Source of the DNA: Cyanobacteria bacterium J06626_4
GTDB lineage: Bacteria > Cyanobacteriota > Cyanobacteriia > Phormidesmidales > Phormidesmidaceae
Assembly (NCBI GenBank): GCA_038523235.1
Contig: JBCBJQ010000003.1
Location: 64,001 to 128,000, forward strand
DNA: 64,000 nucleotides
Direction: 5' to 3'
The translations under genes were made by a program, and so were the position numbers. Below are positions 20,159-30,562 of the stretch, piece by piece. The first letter of the stretch is position 1. Every line of letters starts with the position of its first letter. The notes beneath the pieces were generated by a model, which was given only the letters and a program-made list of their open reading frames with translations, ran no database searches and was not told where the DNA came from.

Positions 20159-21649
20159 CTAGGGCTTGAGTAACGGGGTTAGGTCAAGGTAAGACTCGAC
20201 CGAGTCTGCCAGCACGTCTAGCATCATCTCTCGCTGTTCGCGATAGTTGGCTACCCCGGTGGGCAGTGAGCCTAAACCGCGCTGCTGCCTGAGACAGTTG
20301 AGCCAAGCTCGCCGCCAGGGGCCATTGTCAAACAAACCATGCAGATAGGTGCCCCACAGCGCTTGACGGTGATCGACGATGCCCAGAGATTTGTCTTCAA
20401 ACAGAAAGTCAAACTGAGCTGCTTTGTTGTCGCCCTCACCGGCTGGCACTAGCTGAGTGCGGCCTTGGTGCAGCTCATACCCCGAAATCGGTAAGCCGAC
20501 CTGCGGATATTGGGAGCTGGTTTCTCGCTGGCGCGCAATCTTACGGTTGGTGATGACGGTTCGAATCGGGACTAATTCTAGTCCTTTGTAGCGTCCGTCT
20601 TGGCCTTCGATGCCTTCGGGGTCAGCGAGATACTCGCCCATCATTTGAAAGCCACCGCAAATTCCCAATACTGTGCCGCCGGCATGAACGTAGTTTTTAA
20701 TGGCTTCAGCCATGCCCGATCGCTGCAGAGCCATCATGTCAGTGATGGTAGTTTTAGTGCCGGGCAAGATTACAGCATCGGGATAGCCCAGATCGTCTTT
20801 AGGGCTGACGTAGCGAACTTTGACCGATTCTTCCGATTCCAACGGGTCGAAGTCGGTGAAGTTAGAAATGTGCGGTAGCCGAATGACGGCAATGGTGAGC
20901 GCTGCTGCTGAGTTAGTCGGCGAGCGATCCAGCAGCGATAGGGAATCTTCGGCAGGAAAGGCCTGATCCAACATGGGCAGCACCCCAATCACGGGAATGC
21001 CCGTGCGTTCTTCGAGCCAATCAATGCCTGACTGCAGCAGCTCTTGCCGACCCCGAAACTTATTGATAATGATGCCTTTAATCAGCGATCTCTCATCGGG
21101 ATCGAGCAATTCCAACGTGCCGACAATGTGGGCAAAGACGCCGCCCCGTTCAATATCGGCGACCAAGATAGTGGGCGCATTGAGATGCTTGGCGACCCGC
21201 ATGTTAGTCAAATCGCGGTGCTTTAAATTGATTTCAGCAGGGCTTCCGGCCCCTTCGCATACCAGCAGATCAAACTCCTGTTCTAGGCGAGCCAGGCTCT
21301 CCTGAATTGCCTGCCAGCCCGTGTCAAAAAACTTTTCGTAATACTCTTTAGCTTCGATGCGACCAATGGCCCGGCCTCGCAAAATCACCTGCGAGGTCAT
21401 GTCGCCCTGGGGCTTCAGCAAAATTGGATTCATTTCCGCAATGGGGGCAACTTTTGCCGCCCAGGCTTGCACCGCCTGGGCGTAGCCGATTTCCGCCCCA
21501 GCGTTGGTGACGTAGGCATTCAATGCCATGTTCTGGCCTTTAAAGGGGGCTACTCGCCAGCCTCGACGACTCAAAATGCGGCAGAGGGCAGTCGTAACCA
21601 GGGATTTGCCTGCATGGGACGTGGTGCCCACTACCATAATCGCCTTCAT
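20159..21649 (-). CDS. cobQ: Cobyric acid synthase
   Basis: GTTSHAGKS, PFKGQNMALN, EGAGSPAEINL, GICGGFQM and GTYLHGLF motifs. Confidence 0.96.
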   Translation of the reverse strand: MKAIMVVGTTSHAGKSLVTTALCRILSRRGWRVAPFKGQNMALNAYVTNAGAEIGYAQAVQAWAAKVAPIAEMNPILLKPQGDMTSQVILRGRAIGRIEAKEYYEKFFDTGWQAIQESLARLEQEFDLLVCEGAGSPAEINLKHRDLTNMRVAKHLNAPTILVADIERGGVFAHIVGTLELLDPDERSLIKGIIINKFRGRQELLQSGIDWLEERTGIPVIGVLPMLDQAFPAEDSLSLLDRSPTNSAAALTIAVIRLPHISNFTDFDPLESEESVKVRYVSPKDDLGYPDAVILPGTKTTITDMMALQRSGMAEAIKNYVHAGGTVLGICGGFQMMGEYLADPEGIEGQDGRYKGLELVPIRTVITNRKIARQRETSSQYPQVGLPISGYELHQGRTQLVPAGEGDNKAAQFDFLFEDKSLGIVDHRQALWGTYLHGLFDNGPWRRAWLNCLRQQRGLGSLPTGVANYREQREMMLDVLADSVESYLDLTPLLKP

Positions 21650-22256
21650 GGCTTACTCCGAAAGAACGGGGTCAAAAGGGTTGTCAAGTCAAAGCGCTGA
21701 ATTTAAGCAGGCTTTGAGCATGTGCTGAACCGGAGAGCAACGTTCTCACCTACCAGTCGCTTTGTAAGCGTACCCAACGGCGCTTAGGAATTATATCGGC
21801 GATCGCATAAAACCACCGGAAAGCAAGTGTTGAATTACGGGCAAATGGCTTACCCCGTGTGAAGATTATCGACGCATTGACTGCAAGCTCTCGGTAGTTT
21901 CAGCAGTTCAAGCCCGATGCTCAGGTGAAATTATCCAATGCGGACGCTACCGCATCCGTCACTGCTGCCCCCTGATCTGCCGTTGATACGCTCATTTATT
22001 GGACTTGCTCAAGCGGGGGCAGGTTCCTGGTGTTATCCGGAAATTCGACTGCTGCTTGTAGTGAATGTCCCCAGAAAAACGGCTCATGACGCGGGTGCGA
22101 TACTCCCAACGATGAAACGTGCGGTTAATACATCGGCGGCGGGTGGTGGGTCGTAGAGGCCTCTGAGCGGGAGTGAGAGCGATCAAGGGGGAGAGCTAAC
22201 TCACCCTATAAGAGTTTGTTTGCAGAGACCTGCTAACGCGTTCTATCGTCCACAGA

Positions 22257-22308
22257 ACTCAGCCCCAATCTCCATTTGCTCAGGGGCGAGTGGAAATTGG
22301 GGCTGAGT
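22257..22308. terminator. Long hairpin downstream of the amino-acid binding protein gene
   Basis: ACTCAGCCCCAAT.TCCATTTGC pairs with GCGAGTGGAAATTGGGGCTGAGT. Confidence 0.55.
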
Positions 22309-22476
22309 CGAGGTGACTGATTGAGTAAGAAGTGGGCGTTGTGATTGCCAGATAGCATGCCCTGATGGCGGCTTTGACTCTTCCTGTAGATGAGTTCCCA
22401 TATCCAAGATTCGCCAGTTGGCCACCACTGGGGTTAATTGAGCTAGGTCTCCACAGCCCCTAGCGCGCTGATTTCA

Positions 22477-23319
22477 CTAGAACGCTGATTCCGGCAGTTC
22501 GGGGGGCTCTTCACCAAACCACTTTTGATAAATTTCGGCATAGGTGCCGTCTTCCATCATGGTCATGAGGGCATCGTTGACCACCTCGACATTCTCTGAA
22601 TCTTTGGGCATGGCGATGCCATAAAACTCAGTCGTGAGCAATTCGCCAACGACTTTAAGGCCGTCGATATTGCCAGAGGCGATCGCATCTAAGGTGACCG
22701 GCGCATCATTGATCACGGCATCAACGTTGCCATTCGCCAGTTCCTGCAACGCCAAAGGTGCTGAATCGAAAGTGCTAATCTCTGCACCAGGGATTTCTGC
22801 TGCTTGGTCAGCCCCAGTGGTGCCGATTTGCACCGCGATTTTCTTATCTTCAAGATCATCGAGCTCGGCCACCTCAGCATTGTCGGCCTGTACCGCGATC
22901 GCCAGACCGGCTTTGATGTAAGGGCGAGAGAAAGCCACCGTTTGAAGACGTTCTTCGGTAATCGTCATGCCGCTAATCGCCGCATCAACAGTACCCGCCT
23001 GCAAGGCTGGGATAATGCCGTCAAAGGGCAGCGACTCAAACTGCACTTCTAACCCAGCGGTTTCGCCAATGGCGGTCATCAAATCAATATCAAACCCATC
23101 TAGCTCGCCATCATCATTCTGAAACTCAAACGGCGGGAAAGCGGGCTCGGTCGCGACTGTCAAAACGCCAACGGTTTCTTCTGTCGTGGCGGCCTCGTCT
23201 GTCGTGGCTTCCCCTTCAGCGGTATCTGCCGTATCGGCCCCACCACAGGCGGCCAAAACGAGAGACGCACTGGCGCCGAGGGCAATGTTTCGTAAAAATA
23301 CTGATCGTTTAATTGTCAT
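22477..23319 (-). CDS. Polar/basic amino acid ABC transporter substrate-binding lipoprotein
   Basis: LAAC lipobox, ATEPAFPPFEF, GFDIDL, SGMTITEER and VQIGTTG motifs. Confidence 0.92.
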   Translation of the reverse strand: MTIKRSVFLRNIALGASASLVLAACGGADTADTAEGEATTDEAATTEETVGVLTVATEPAFPPFEFQNDDGELDGFDIDLMTAIGETAGLEVQFESLPFDGIIPALQAGTVDAAISGMTITEERLQTVAFSRPYIKAGLAIAVQADNAEVAELDDLEDKKIAVQIGTTGADQAAEIPGAEISTFDSAPLALQELANGNVDAVINDAPVTLDAIASGNIDGLKVVGELLTTEFYGIAMPKDSENVEVVNDALMTMMEDGTYAEIYQKWFGEEPPELPESAF

Positions 23320-23438
23320 CCTTAAACTTCCTTTCACCACAATCTAGACATTCACGATACGATACTGCAGGTCTAACGATGATAGGCTTTCGAATATTTT
23401 TCATATGACGCAACCATTACAGAACCGGCCCCGCTACC

Positions 23439-24203
23439 ATGCCTGATTCCCCGTCTGCAATTGCCTTTCACAAACTTCGTAAAAGCTATGGCCCTCTGGA
23501 GGTGCTTAAAGGTCTCAGTGGCGAAATCTTTGCCGGTGAAGTGGTCGCAATTATCGGGGCGTCAGGCTGTGGCAAAAGCACGCTGCTGAGATGCTTTAAC
23601 CGGTTAGAAACCATTAATGATGGCAAGCTCATCGTTAATGGCATGGATCTCTCCAAACCTGACTTGTCTCGCAAGCAGCTGCAGCGGCTGCGGGCACAGG
23701 TGGGCATGGTGTTTCAACAGTTCAATTTGTTTCCCCACATTACGGTGCTCGAAAATCTCACTTTGGCACCGCAAAAGGTCTTGGGCAAAGGTAAAGCTGA
23801 GAGCCGTGAACTAGCCAGCCATTTTTTAGCCAAAGTTGGCCTCGTAGAAAAGGGACACGCCTATCCCGACCAGCTCTCGGGTGGGCAAAAGCAGCGCGTC
23901 GCGATCGCCCGGGCTCTGTGTATGGAACCCGACATCATTCTGTTTGATGAGCCCACCAGCGCCCTGGATCCTGAACTGGTGGGTGAAGTGCTGGCGGTGA
24001 TGAAGCAACTGGCCGAAGAAGGCATGACGATGGCGATTGTGACCCACGAAATGCAGTTTGCTCGCGACGTTGCCAATCGCGTGATTTTTCTGAATCAGGG
24101 CTTGGTCGAAGAAGACGGTAAGGCCTACGACGTGATTACGGCCCCCCAAAGCGATCGCCTGAAGGCATTTTTGAGTCGCATGAAGCTAGCCGGTGTGGCT
24201 TAG
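23439..24203 (+). CDS. Amino acid ABC transporter ATP-binding protein (GlnQ/BgtA-like)
   Basis: [32 protein letters not shown] and [11 protein letters not shown] motifs. Confidence 0.93.
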   Translation: MPDSPSAIAFHKLRKSYGPLEVLKGLSGEIFAGEVVAIIGASGCGKSTLLRCFNRLETINDGKLIVNGMDLSKPDLSRKQLQRLRAQVGMVFQQFNLFPHITVLENLTLAPQKVLGKGKAESRELASHFLAKVGLVEKGHAYPDQLSGGQKQRVAIARALCMEPDIILFDEPTSALDPELVGEVLAVMKQLAEEGMTMAIVTHEMQFARDVANRVIFLNQGLVEEDGKAYDVITAPQSDRLKAFLSRMKLAGVA

Positions 24204-24285
24204 CGGCTGAGTCCTTTGATAAAACCGGCCGGCGGCTGTCATCTGCGGAGCGATGCCCCGCATCCCGGTCGTTGTCAGGGCCACG

Positions 24286-25092
24286 TCAGGCACTGTGGGG
24301 CCGAAAGAGGTGGGTGTGGTCAGGGTTGTAAAGTCGCGATCGCACCTCGGCCCCCTGCAGCGCTGGACTCACGATGTAGAGCGTGGTGCGAATCAGATTT
24401 TCTCGCTGGGTGATGGCCGTCATTTCCGTCAGTGGCGCGACCCAAATTTGCTCATCGGGCCAGCCGACTCGAAAGCAAATAGCAACGGGTGTTTCCGGCG
24501 CATAATGTTGCAGCAGCTGCGCCTGTGACTCAGCCACATGGCGAGCGCTGAGATAGAGGCACAAACTGGTTTTGTGGGCTGCCAAAGACGAGAGTTCTTC
24601 GGTGTCAGGCACCTGGGTGCGACCGCTAATGCGAGTCAGAATGATCGACTGCACCAGGCCCGGAATCGTCAGCTCCGCATTGAGTTTTGCCGCTGCCGCC
24701 TGAAACGCACTAATGCCAGGAATCACCTCAAAAGGAATTGCCGCGATCGCCAGCGCCTGCATCTGCTCATGAATGGCACTATACAAACTCGGATCACCCG
24801 AATGCAGCCTGACCACTGACTTACCCGCCGTGACGCGCTCGATCATCAGCGGCAGGATGGTCTCTAGCGTCAAGTTAGCTGTTCCCACCTTTTCAGCATC
24901 GGGTCGAGTCCAGTCGAGAACCTGTTGGGGGACAAGGGAGTTGGCGTAAACCACGACATCGGCTTGCTCTAACAGCCTTTGCCCCCGTACAGTGATCAAG
25001 TCAGGATCGCCCGGCCCCGCCCCCAGGATGTACACTCCGGGGGTAAGACGAGCAGTTTCAGCAGACGCACGGCGAGTCGTAGAAAGAGTCAT
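24286..25092 (-). CDS. cobM: Precorrin-4 C11-methyltransferase
   Basis: GAGPGDPDLITVRG, VVRLHSGDPSLY and VQSIILTR motifs. Confidence 0.92.
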   Translation of the reverse strand: MTLSTTRRASAETARLTPGVYILGAGPGDPDLITVRGQRLLEQADVVVYANSLVPQQVLDWTRPDAEKVGTANLTLETILPLMIERVTAGKSVVRLHSGDPSLYSAIHEQMQALAIAAIPFEVIPGISAFQAAAAKLNAELTIPGLVQSIILTRISGRTQVPDTEELSSLAAHKTSLCLYLSARHVAESQAQLLQHYAPETPVAICFRVGWPDEQIWVAPLTEMTAITQRENLIRTTLYIVSPALQGAEVRSRLYNPDHTHLFRPHSA

Positions 25093-25638
25093 AAATGATT
25101 CTAAGGAGACCAACAAACAACGGTAGGCAATTAGCTTAGGCGATTTCTGAGCAAGAATGTATCGGCACGATCAGGGTGGGCTTAGTCAGAGTCCCAAAGC
25201 TCACCGCTATCAGGTATCGACAAACCCTGCCGCTACGGATATTCTCTTAGCGAGAAATTTTCTGCGCCTGAACTTGTGATCGCCCCCTTAGCGGTGTTCT
25301 GGCCCTATGCTAAGTTTGGTCACCTCGAGAGACTGTAGCCGCAGAGAGCGAGGCGGCATGAACTTCGACAAAAGGGACGAGCAACGGCAAAACTTCTCGC
25401 CTTTTCTGGGCATTCTGTAAACGAAAGTCCTGAACTTGAAGTAATTTGATGTACGCATAAACGGGGATGGAGCCTTGATTCAGGATCAATTTCCTCCAAT
25501 ATTAAATTTGTCTGAGCGCACATCGCTCACCTTTAGTCTGAAATCTCTAAACACTCTCTAAATCACTGCTTTGGTTAGTTGTCCTGTTTTATCACCGCAA
25601 GTTTTCATCGGTAATTTTGTATCGCAACGATTACTGGT

Positions 25639-26643
25639 ATGCAATTAAATTCAAATCCGCCCCCGATTAGAACGAGCTTTGCCAATGGTGCCTGTACGAT
25701 CTACATGCCGCCGACGCTAACCGTTGATGAGGCTGTCGATTTTCAGGGCCTTTGCCATCAAATTTTCATGCAACATCCGACGGGTTTAGAGCGACTGACG
25801 TTAGATTTCAGCGACACGACCTTTTTAGACAGCAGCGGCTTAGGCTCGCTCGTAATCTGTCGCCGGTTTTGCCATGACCATCAAACCGAACTGCTGCTGC
25901 GGCAGGTGGGAGCGCAGGTCATGTTGGTGCTGAGCATGACCGATCTCGACAAAGTGTTTACCATCGCGCAACAAGCGCCTAAAGAGACGCATTTGCCCAC
26001 CCGGCCGATGATAGAACGCCGGATGATCGCGACCCACCCATCAGTGACTTCTAAAGCTAAGCGAGCGATGGATATTGTTGGAGGGTTAACGGGGCTGACG
26101 ATCACGGCGGCCCTACTGCTCCCGATCGCGATCGCCATTTGGGTAGATGATCCGGGGCCGATTCTATTTAGTCAGGTGCGATGTTCTTGGATGGGCCGCC
26201 GGTTTCGCATCTGGAAGTTTCGCTCGATGGTCGTGAATGCCGAAGCCCTCAAAAACAGGGTTAAAAACGAAGTCGAAGGCCCCCTCTTTAAAAACGAGCG
26301 TGACCCCCGAGTCACCCGTGTCGGGCGGTTTTTGCGCAAGACGAGTCTGGATGAATTTCCGCAGTTTTGGAACGTGTTGAAGGGCGAAATGAGCCTGGTG
26401 GGAACGCGTCCCCCCACGCCCGCGGAAATTGCAGAATATGAGGTACCGGCTTGGCAACGACTCAACGTTAAGCCTGGCCTTACTGGCGAATGGCAGGTCA
26501 GCGGGCGATCGAGCATTAAAAAGTTTGAGGACGTGATTCGCCTCGACATGCGCTATCAGGAAAACTGGAGCCTACTCTACGACATCAAACTGATGGTCAA
26601 AACGGTGTTGGTCTTATTCACCAAGGATTCGGGCGCAGCTTGA
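25639..26643 (+). CDS. STAS (anti-sigma antagonist) domain fused to a priming sugar phosphotransferase
   Basis: N-terminal [16 protein letters not shown]-terminal [42 protein letters not shown] and [13 protein letters not shown]. Confidence 0.92.
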   Translation: MQLNSNPPPIRTSFANGACTIYMPPTLTVDEAVDFQGLCHQIFMQHPTGLERLTLDFSDTTFLDSSGLGSLVICRRFCHDHQTELLLRQVGAQVMLVLSMTDLDKVFTIAQQAPKETHLPTRPMIERRMIATHPSVTSKAKRAMDIVGGLTGLTITAALLLPIAIAIWVDDPGPILFSQVRCSWMGRRFRIWKFRSMVVNAEALKNRVKNEVEGPLFKNERDPRVTRVGRFLRKTSLDEFPQFWNVLKGEMSLVGTRPPTPAEIAEYEVPAWQRLNVKPGLTGEWQVSGRSSIKKFEDVIRLDMRYQENWSLLYDIKLMVKTVLVLFTKDSGAA

Positions 26644-26817
26644 TGACGGTAGTGGTACTTCCTGGGTGAAATGTGGCGCGGGAATGAGTGCGATTGCGAT
26701 CTCATTTTTTTGTCTAGGTGAGCCGGTCTTCAAAATCAGCCCTAGAGGAACCCAGCCGCGATCTGATTCAACTTAGGTCACGCGAACGATGTCACTTTCC
26801 AGGGGCGTGTGTAAACC

Positions 26818-26997
26818 AACCTGAGTTCGGGATTAAGGCATGAGGCAGCTTACCCGCCTGTTGAGGCGATAATCCCCTCTGGGGCGGGTGCCCAAGGCGG
26901 GATGGGTGTCGGTCCTTCCGCCGAGAGTGCAACCCACCCCATTCGCCCCTCCCGAGAATGGAAAGAAACAGGGTTGGGCTTAACCTGAACTGGCGTT
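26818..26997. mobile_element. Putative 180-bp MITE with 5-bp target duplication AAACC
   Basis: Imperfect TIRs AACCTGAGTTCGGGATTAAG / (rc) AACGCCAGTTCAGGTTAAG, flanked by AAACC at 26813-26817 and 26998-27002. Confidence 0.65.
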
Positions 26998-27189
26998 AAA
27001 CCAGGCTGGGGCAATAATCGCAGCCTTCCTCAGCCCAGGCTTTGCTCAGTTTTCCGAAAATCGACCCCCTGATTTTCACACCCAGCCAAGGGGAATCCAG
27101 ACTATCCCAATAGCCTCATGTTCTTGCTGGGAGCGATGGCCCAAAATGAGTCTCAGGTTTTGGAAATATTCAACCTAACTATTTTGCCT

Positions 27190-27327
27190 AAGTAGCTGGG
27201 TCAAATTAAGTGTTAAACCGGTCGCTGATTTCGACTCCGCTCAATCAGCTATATTGCTTGCCAAGTCAAACGTTGAGGGTTGAGCGGAGCCGAAACCCGT
27301 CTGCAAGATGCTTGTACCTACCTACTT
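27190..27327. mobile_element. Putative MITE carrying an internal REP-like palindrome
   Basis: Ends AAGTAGCTGGGT / (rc) AAGTAGGTAGGT. Internal IR TTTCGACTCCGCTCAA (27229-27244) / TTGAGCGGAGCCGAAA (27280-27295). Confidence 0.5.
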
Positions 27328-28026
27328 GAAAGCCGTTAGTGAACAAAAAGCTCACTACTTTTTGGCTGAATTCTTGTTTTCAGAAAATAGAATATTTTTC
27401 AAAAATATGAGGAATGGCGATTCTAAATATTCTCTCTAAAAAGTGAGAAGAGGGCTGAATTAAGCCGGAAAAACAATTTTTAAAGGTGACTAAAATACTC
27501 GATTTTTATCAGTCTGACAGTTCACATCGTGAATGAGATCGGCAGATCATAGAGTTTATGAAGCAGACTATTTCAGCACTTCGTCAGGCCTGAGATAGTT
27601 GATTTTCAGAGAATCCCATTATCCTTACTCAATCTTCCTTCTCCGTATTTATACATGAACCATCGCCGCCATAAAATACGGGTCAGTGCTGGTGGAAATC
27701 CTAGGATTGCCTAATACTATAGCAATTGTCATTTGTGGCTCACGTTTGTTTTTTTGCTCGTTAGTGTTAGCTGACTTGGGGGAAGGCTAAAAGCACAATC
27801 ACTAGACTTATTGGTGTAGAACAAATAGAAACCTTCAGGCCATTCTATCTGGACATTTCAGCAATTTTACTGTGGTTTCACAGGAGACCTGTTATCTCCC
27901 GTGGGAGATTAATTTTTTAGGTTTGTGTGGGCCACGGGTTGTGCGTTGTTCTCATTCGGTTGTCTGTCGGGTCACCTGCTTTTCTTTAACTTGGTTCGGC
28001 TTTCTCGCTCTTCACTGCTTAGCACT

Positions 28027-30549
28027 ATGACCAGTAATTCTTTTTTTGAGAATCCAAGTGGCAATCTCCGGCGGCGATTTTTTAAAAAATCGCCGCCGGA
28101 GGATAAAATTTCGGCGGCCCAGGCAAAACCTAGTCAATTCAAGCTCGGTAACTTTTGGGCACGATCGCTGTTGGGGGGCACAGCCCTATTCGTTTGTGCG
28201 GCCAGCTACTGGAGCTATCAAACGATGCGAAATTTGCTGCTAGAGAATTTGCAAAACCAGGCATTTTTAGAAGTCCAACTGGGGGTCGATGAAATTGACG
28301 GCTGGCTGAGCAACCACAAAGCCTCAATGGCAGCCAGTGCTAACAATCCCGTCTTTAGAACTATGGACTGGGCTCAGATCGAGCCTTACCTCAGTGGTGA
28401 AGAGCAGCGGCTGTCAGAGTTTATGTATTTCGGCATGATCGACAACGAGGGGTTGCTGTACACCACCTTGTCCGATCAGCCCAAAGGTGAAATTGATCTG
28501 AGCGATCGCGCCCATGTGAAAGGAGCCCTGAGCGGCCAAAATAGCCTCTCGGATCCGCTAATTGCCCGCATTCCTGCCGGGAAGCGGGTCGTCGCCTATG
28601 CTATTCCGGTTTGGTCAGGCCGAGCTCAAGGCGATCAGCCCTTAGGGGAAGTGATTGGCATGATGAACGGGGTAATTGGCATCGACATGGTGATTGATGT
28701 GATCAATGACCTGGAGTATGGCAATAACAGCTATGCATTTGCCCTGAATTCAAAGGGGGAAGCCATTGTTCACCCCAACTCGGAATTGATGTCAACCATT
28801 GAGACCCCCGCACCGAGCCTTATAAAATCGGACGATCCGGGTCTAGCCACCGTTGCCTCACAGATGACCAATGGACGGCAAGGGTTAGAACTGGTGGAAA
28901 TTGACGGCGTTCAAAAGTATGTCTCCTACGCTCCCCTGACAGAAGCTGACTGGTCCGTCGCGTTGGTGATTCCTCGGAGCAATATTGAGGCCCAACTTCG
29001 TCCGCTCGATTTAATGGCTTTGATCGTAGTCGGCCTGACCGGCACCATGATCGCGGTCTTGTGGCAGGTACAGTCTTTTGAGCAACAACAACTCAAACGC
29101 TCTAAAGCCGCTGCCGATACTGCAAACCAAGCCAAAAGCGAGTTTTTGGCCAATATGAGCCATGAGCTGCGCACGCCCCTCAACGGCATCTTGGGCTATG
29201 CCCAAATTTTGGGACGCTCCCGCAGCTGGGGCGAAAAAGAAAGCCAAGGCGTTAGTGTCATTCACCAATGTGCGACCCATTTGCTGACTTTGATCAACGA
29301 CGTCCTCGATTTGGCCAAAATTGAAGCGCGGCAGCTGGAAATTTTGCCTCAGCCGATTCACCTGCCTGCCTTTTTGCAGGGAGTGGTGGAAATGAGCCGG
29401 ATTCGCGCTGAGCAGAAAGGATTAGCCTTCCATTACCAGCCTGATGCCGCCCTGCCAGAGGGCGTAGACATCGATGAAAAACGCCTGCGTCAGGTGCTCA
29501 TCAATCTTTTAGGGAACGCGACTAAGTTTACTGATCAGGGGGCTGTCACGTTGAAGGTGAGCGTTGTCGGGCAAGACCACCTCGCCGAAACGGTGCGATT
29601 GCGGTTCCAGGTGGAAGACACCGGCGTCGGCATTGCCCCGGATGCCCTGGAGGCCATCTTTAAGCCCTTCGAACAGGTGGGCGATCGCCAGCGTCAGGCC
29701 GAGGGCACTGGGTTAGGGCTCGCCATTAGCTACCGCATTGTGAAAGCAATGGACTCAGCGCTGCAGGTTGACAGTCAATTGGGCGTCGGCAGCCAGTTTT
29801 TCTTTGAGGTGGATTTACCCCTGGCAGCGGCCTGGCAGCAGGCGGCCAGGCAATCGCCTCAGGGTGAGATTACGGGCTATCGCGGCGATCGCAAAACCAT
29901 CCTGATTGTTGACGACAAGTGGGAAAACCGCTCGGTCATTGTCAATTTGCTCGAGCCCTTCGGCTTTACCGTGATCGAAGCGGAGAACGGGCAAGTTGCT
30001 TTAACCCAGGCCCACACCCATCGTCCCGATTTGATCATTACGGATCTGCTGATGCCAGTGATGGATGGCTATGAGTTTATGGCCCAACTGCAGCAGTCGG
30101 AAGATGAGGCGTTGCGCCAGACTCAGATCATCGTGTCTTCGGCATCGGTGGCGCCAGAAGATCGTCAGCAAAGCTTAGATGCCGGCGGGGCTGAGTTCCT
30201 CCCGAAGCCGGTGCACGCGGATGAACTAATGCCCTTACTCCAACAGTATTTAGAACTAGCGTGGCAATATCAGCCCGGCACAGAGGTGCCTGGGGCAACT
30301 GCCGCTGCCTCGGTCACTGATGGCTCTACTGCTGATCATCCGGCAGATATGCGGGTACCGCCCCCAGAGACGTTGCAGCAGTTTCTCACCATGGCCCAGC
30401 AGGGGCGGTTTAAAGCCTTACAAACAGAGCTCCAAACCCTGGCGCAAGAGCATCGGGACTATGGCCCCTTTGCCCATCATCTGGACACTTGGGTGCAGCA
30501 ATTCCAGGCCGAAAAAATTGAACAGTTCATTCTTCAACACCTAGCCTGA
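28027..30549 (+). CDS. Hybrid sensor histidine kinase (TM-Cache-TM-HisKA-HATPase-REC)
   Basis: [41 protein letters not shown] and ILIVDD...DLLMP motifs; periplasmic Cache-like region. Confidence 0.93.
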   Translation: MTSNSFFENPSGNLRRRFFKKSPPEDKISAAQAKPSQFKLGNFWARSLLGGTALFVCAASYWSYQTMRNLLLENLQNQAFLEVQLGVDEIDGWLSNHKASMAASANNPVFRTMDWAQIEPYLSGEEQRLSEFMYFGMIDNEGLLYTTLSDQPKGEIDLSDRAHVKGALSGQNSLSDPLIARIPAGKRVVAYAIPVWSGRAQGDQPLGEVIGMMNGVIGIDMVIDVINDLEYGNNSYAFALNSKGEAIVHPNSELMSTIETPAPSLIKSDDPGLATVASQMTNGRQGLELVEIDGVQKYVSYAPLTEADWSVALVIPRSNIEAQLRPLDLMALIVVGLTGTMIAVLWQVQSFEQQQLKRSKAAADTANQAKSEFLANMSHELRTPLNGILGYAQILGRSRSWGEKESQGVSVIHQCATHLLTLINDVLDLAKIEARQLEILPQPIHLPAFLQGVVEMSRIRAEQKGLAFHYQPDAALPEGVDIDEKRLRQVLINLLGNATKFTDQGAVTLKVSVVGQDHLAETVRLRFQVEDTGVGIAPDALEAIFKPFEQVGDRQRQAEGTGLGLAISYRIVKAMDSALQVDSQLGVGSQFFFEVDLPLAAAWQQAARQSPQGEITGYRGDRKTILIVDDKWENRSVIVNLLEPFGFTVIEAENGQVALTQAHTHRPDLIITDLLMPVMDGYEFMAQLQQSEDEALRQTQIIVSSASVAPEDRQQSLDAGGAEFLPKPVHADELMPLLQQYLELAWQYQPGTEVPGATAAASVTDGSTADHPADMRVPPPETLQQFLTMAQQGRFKALQTELQTLAQEHRDYGPFAHHLDTWVQQFQAEKIEQFILQHLA

Positions 30550-30562
30550 GGGATATCAATCC

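Noticed and set aside
25093..25638. Cobalamin riboswitch upstream of cobM (or cobQ)
   Set aside because: The B12-element core motifs (GGGAA...GCCACTG) were not found on the relevant strand.
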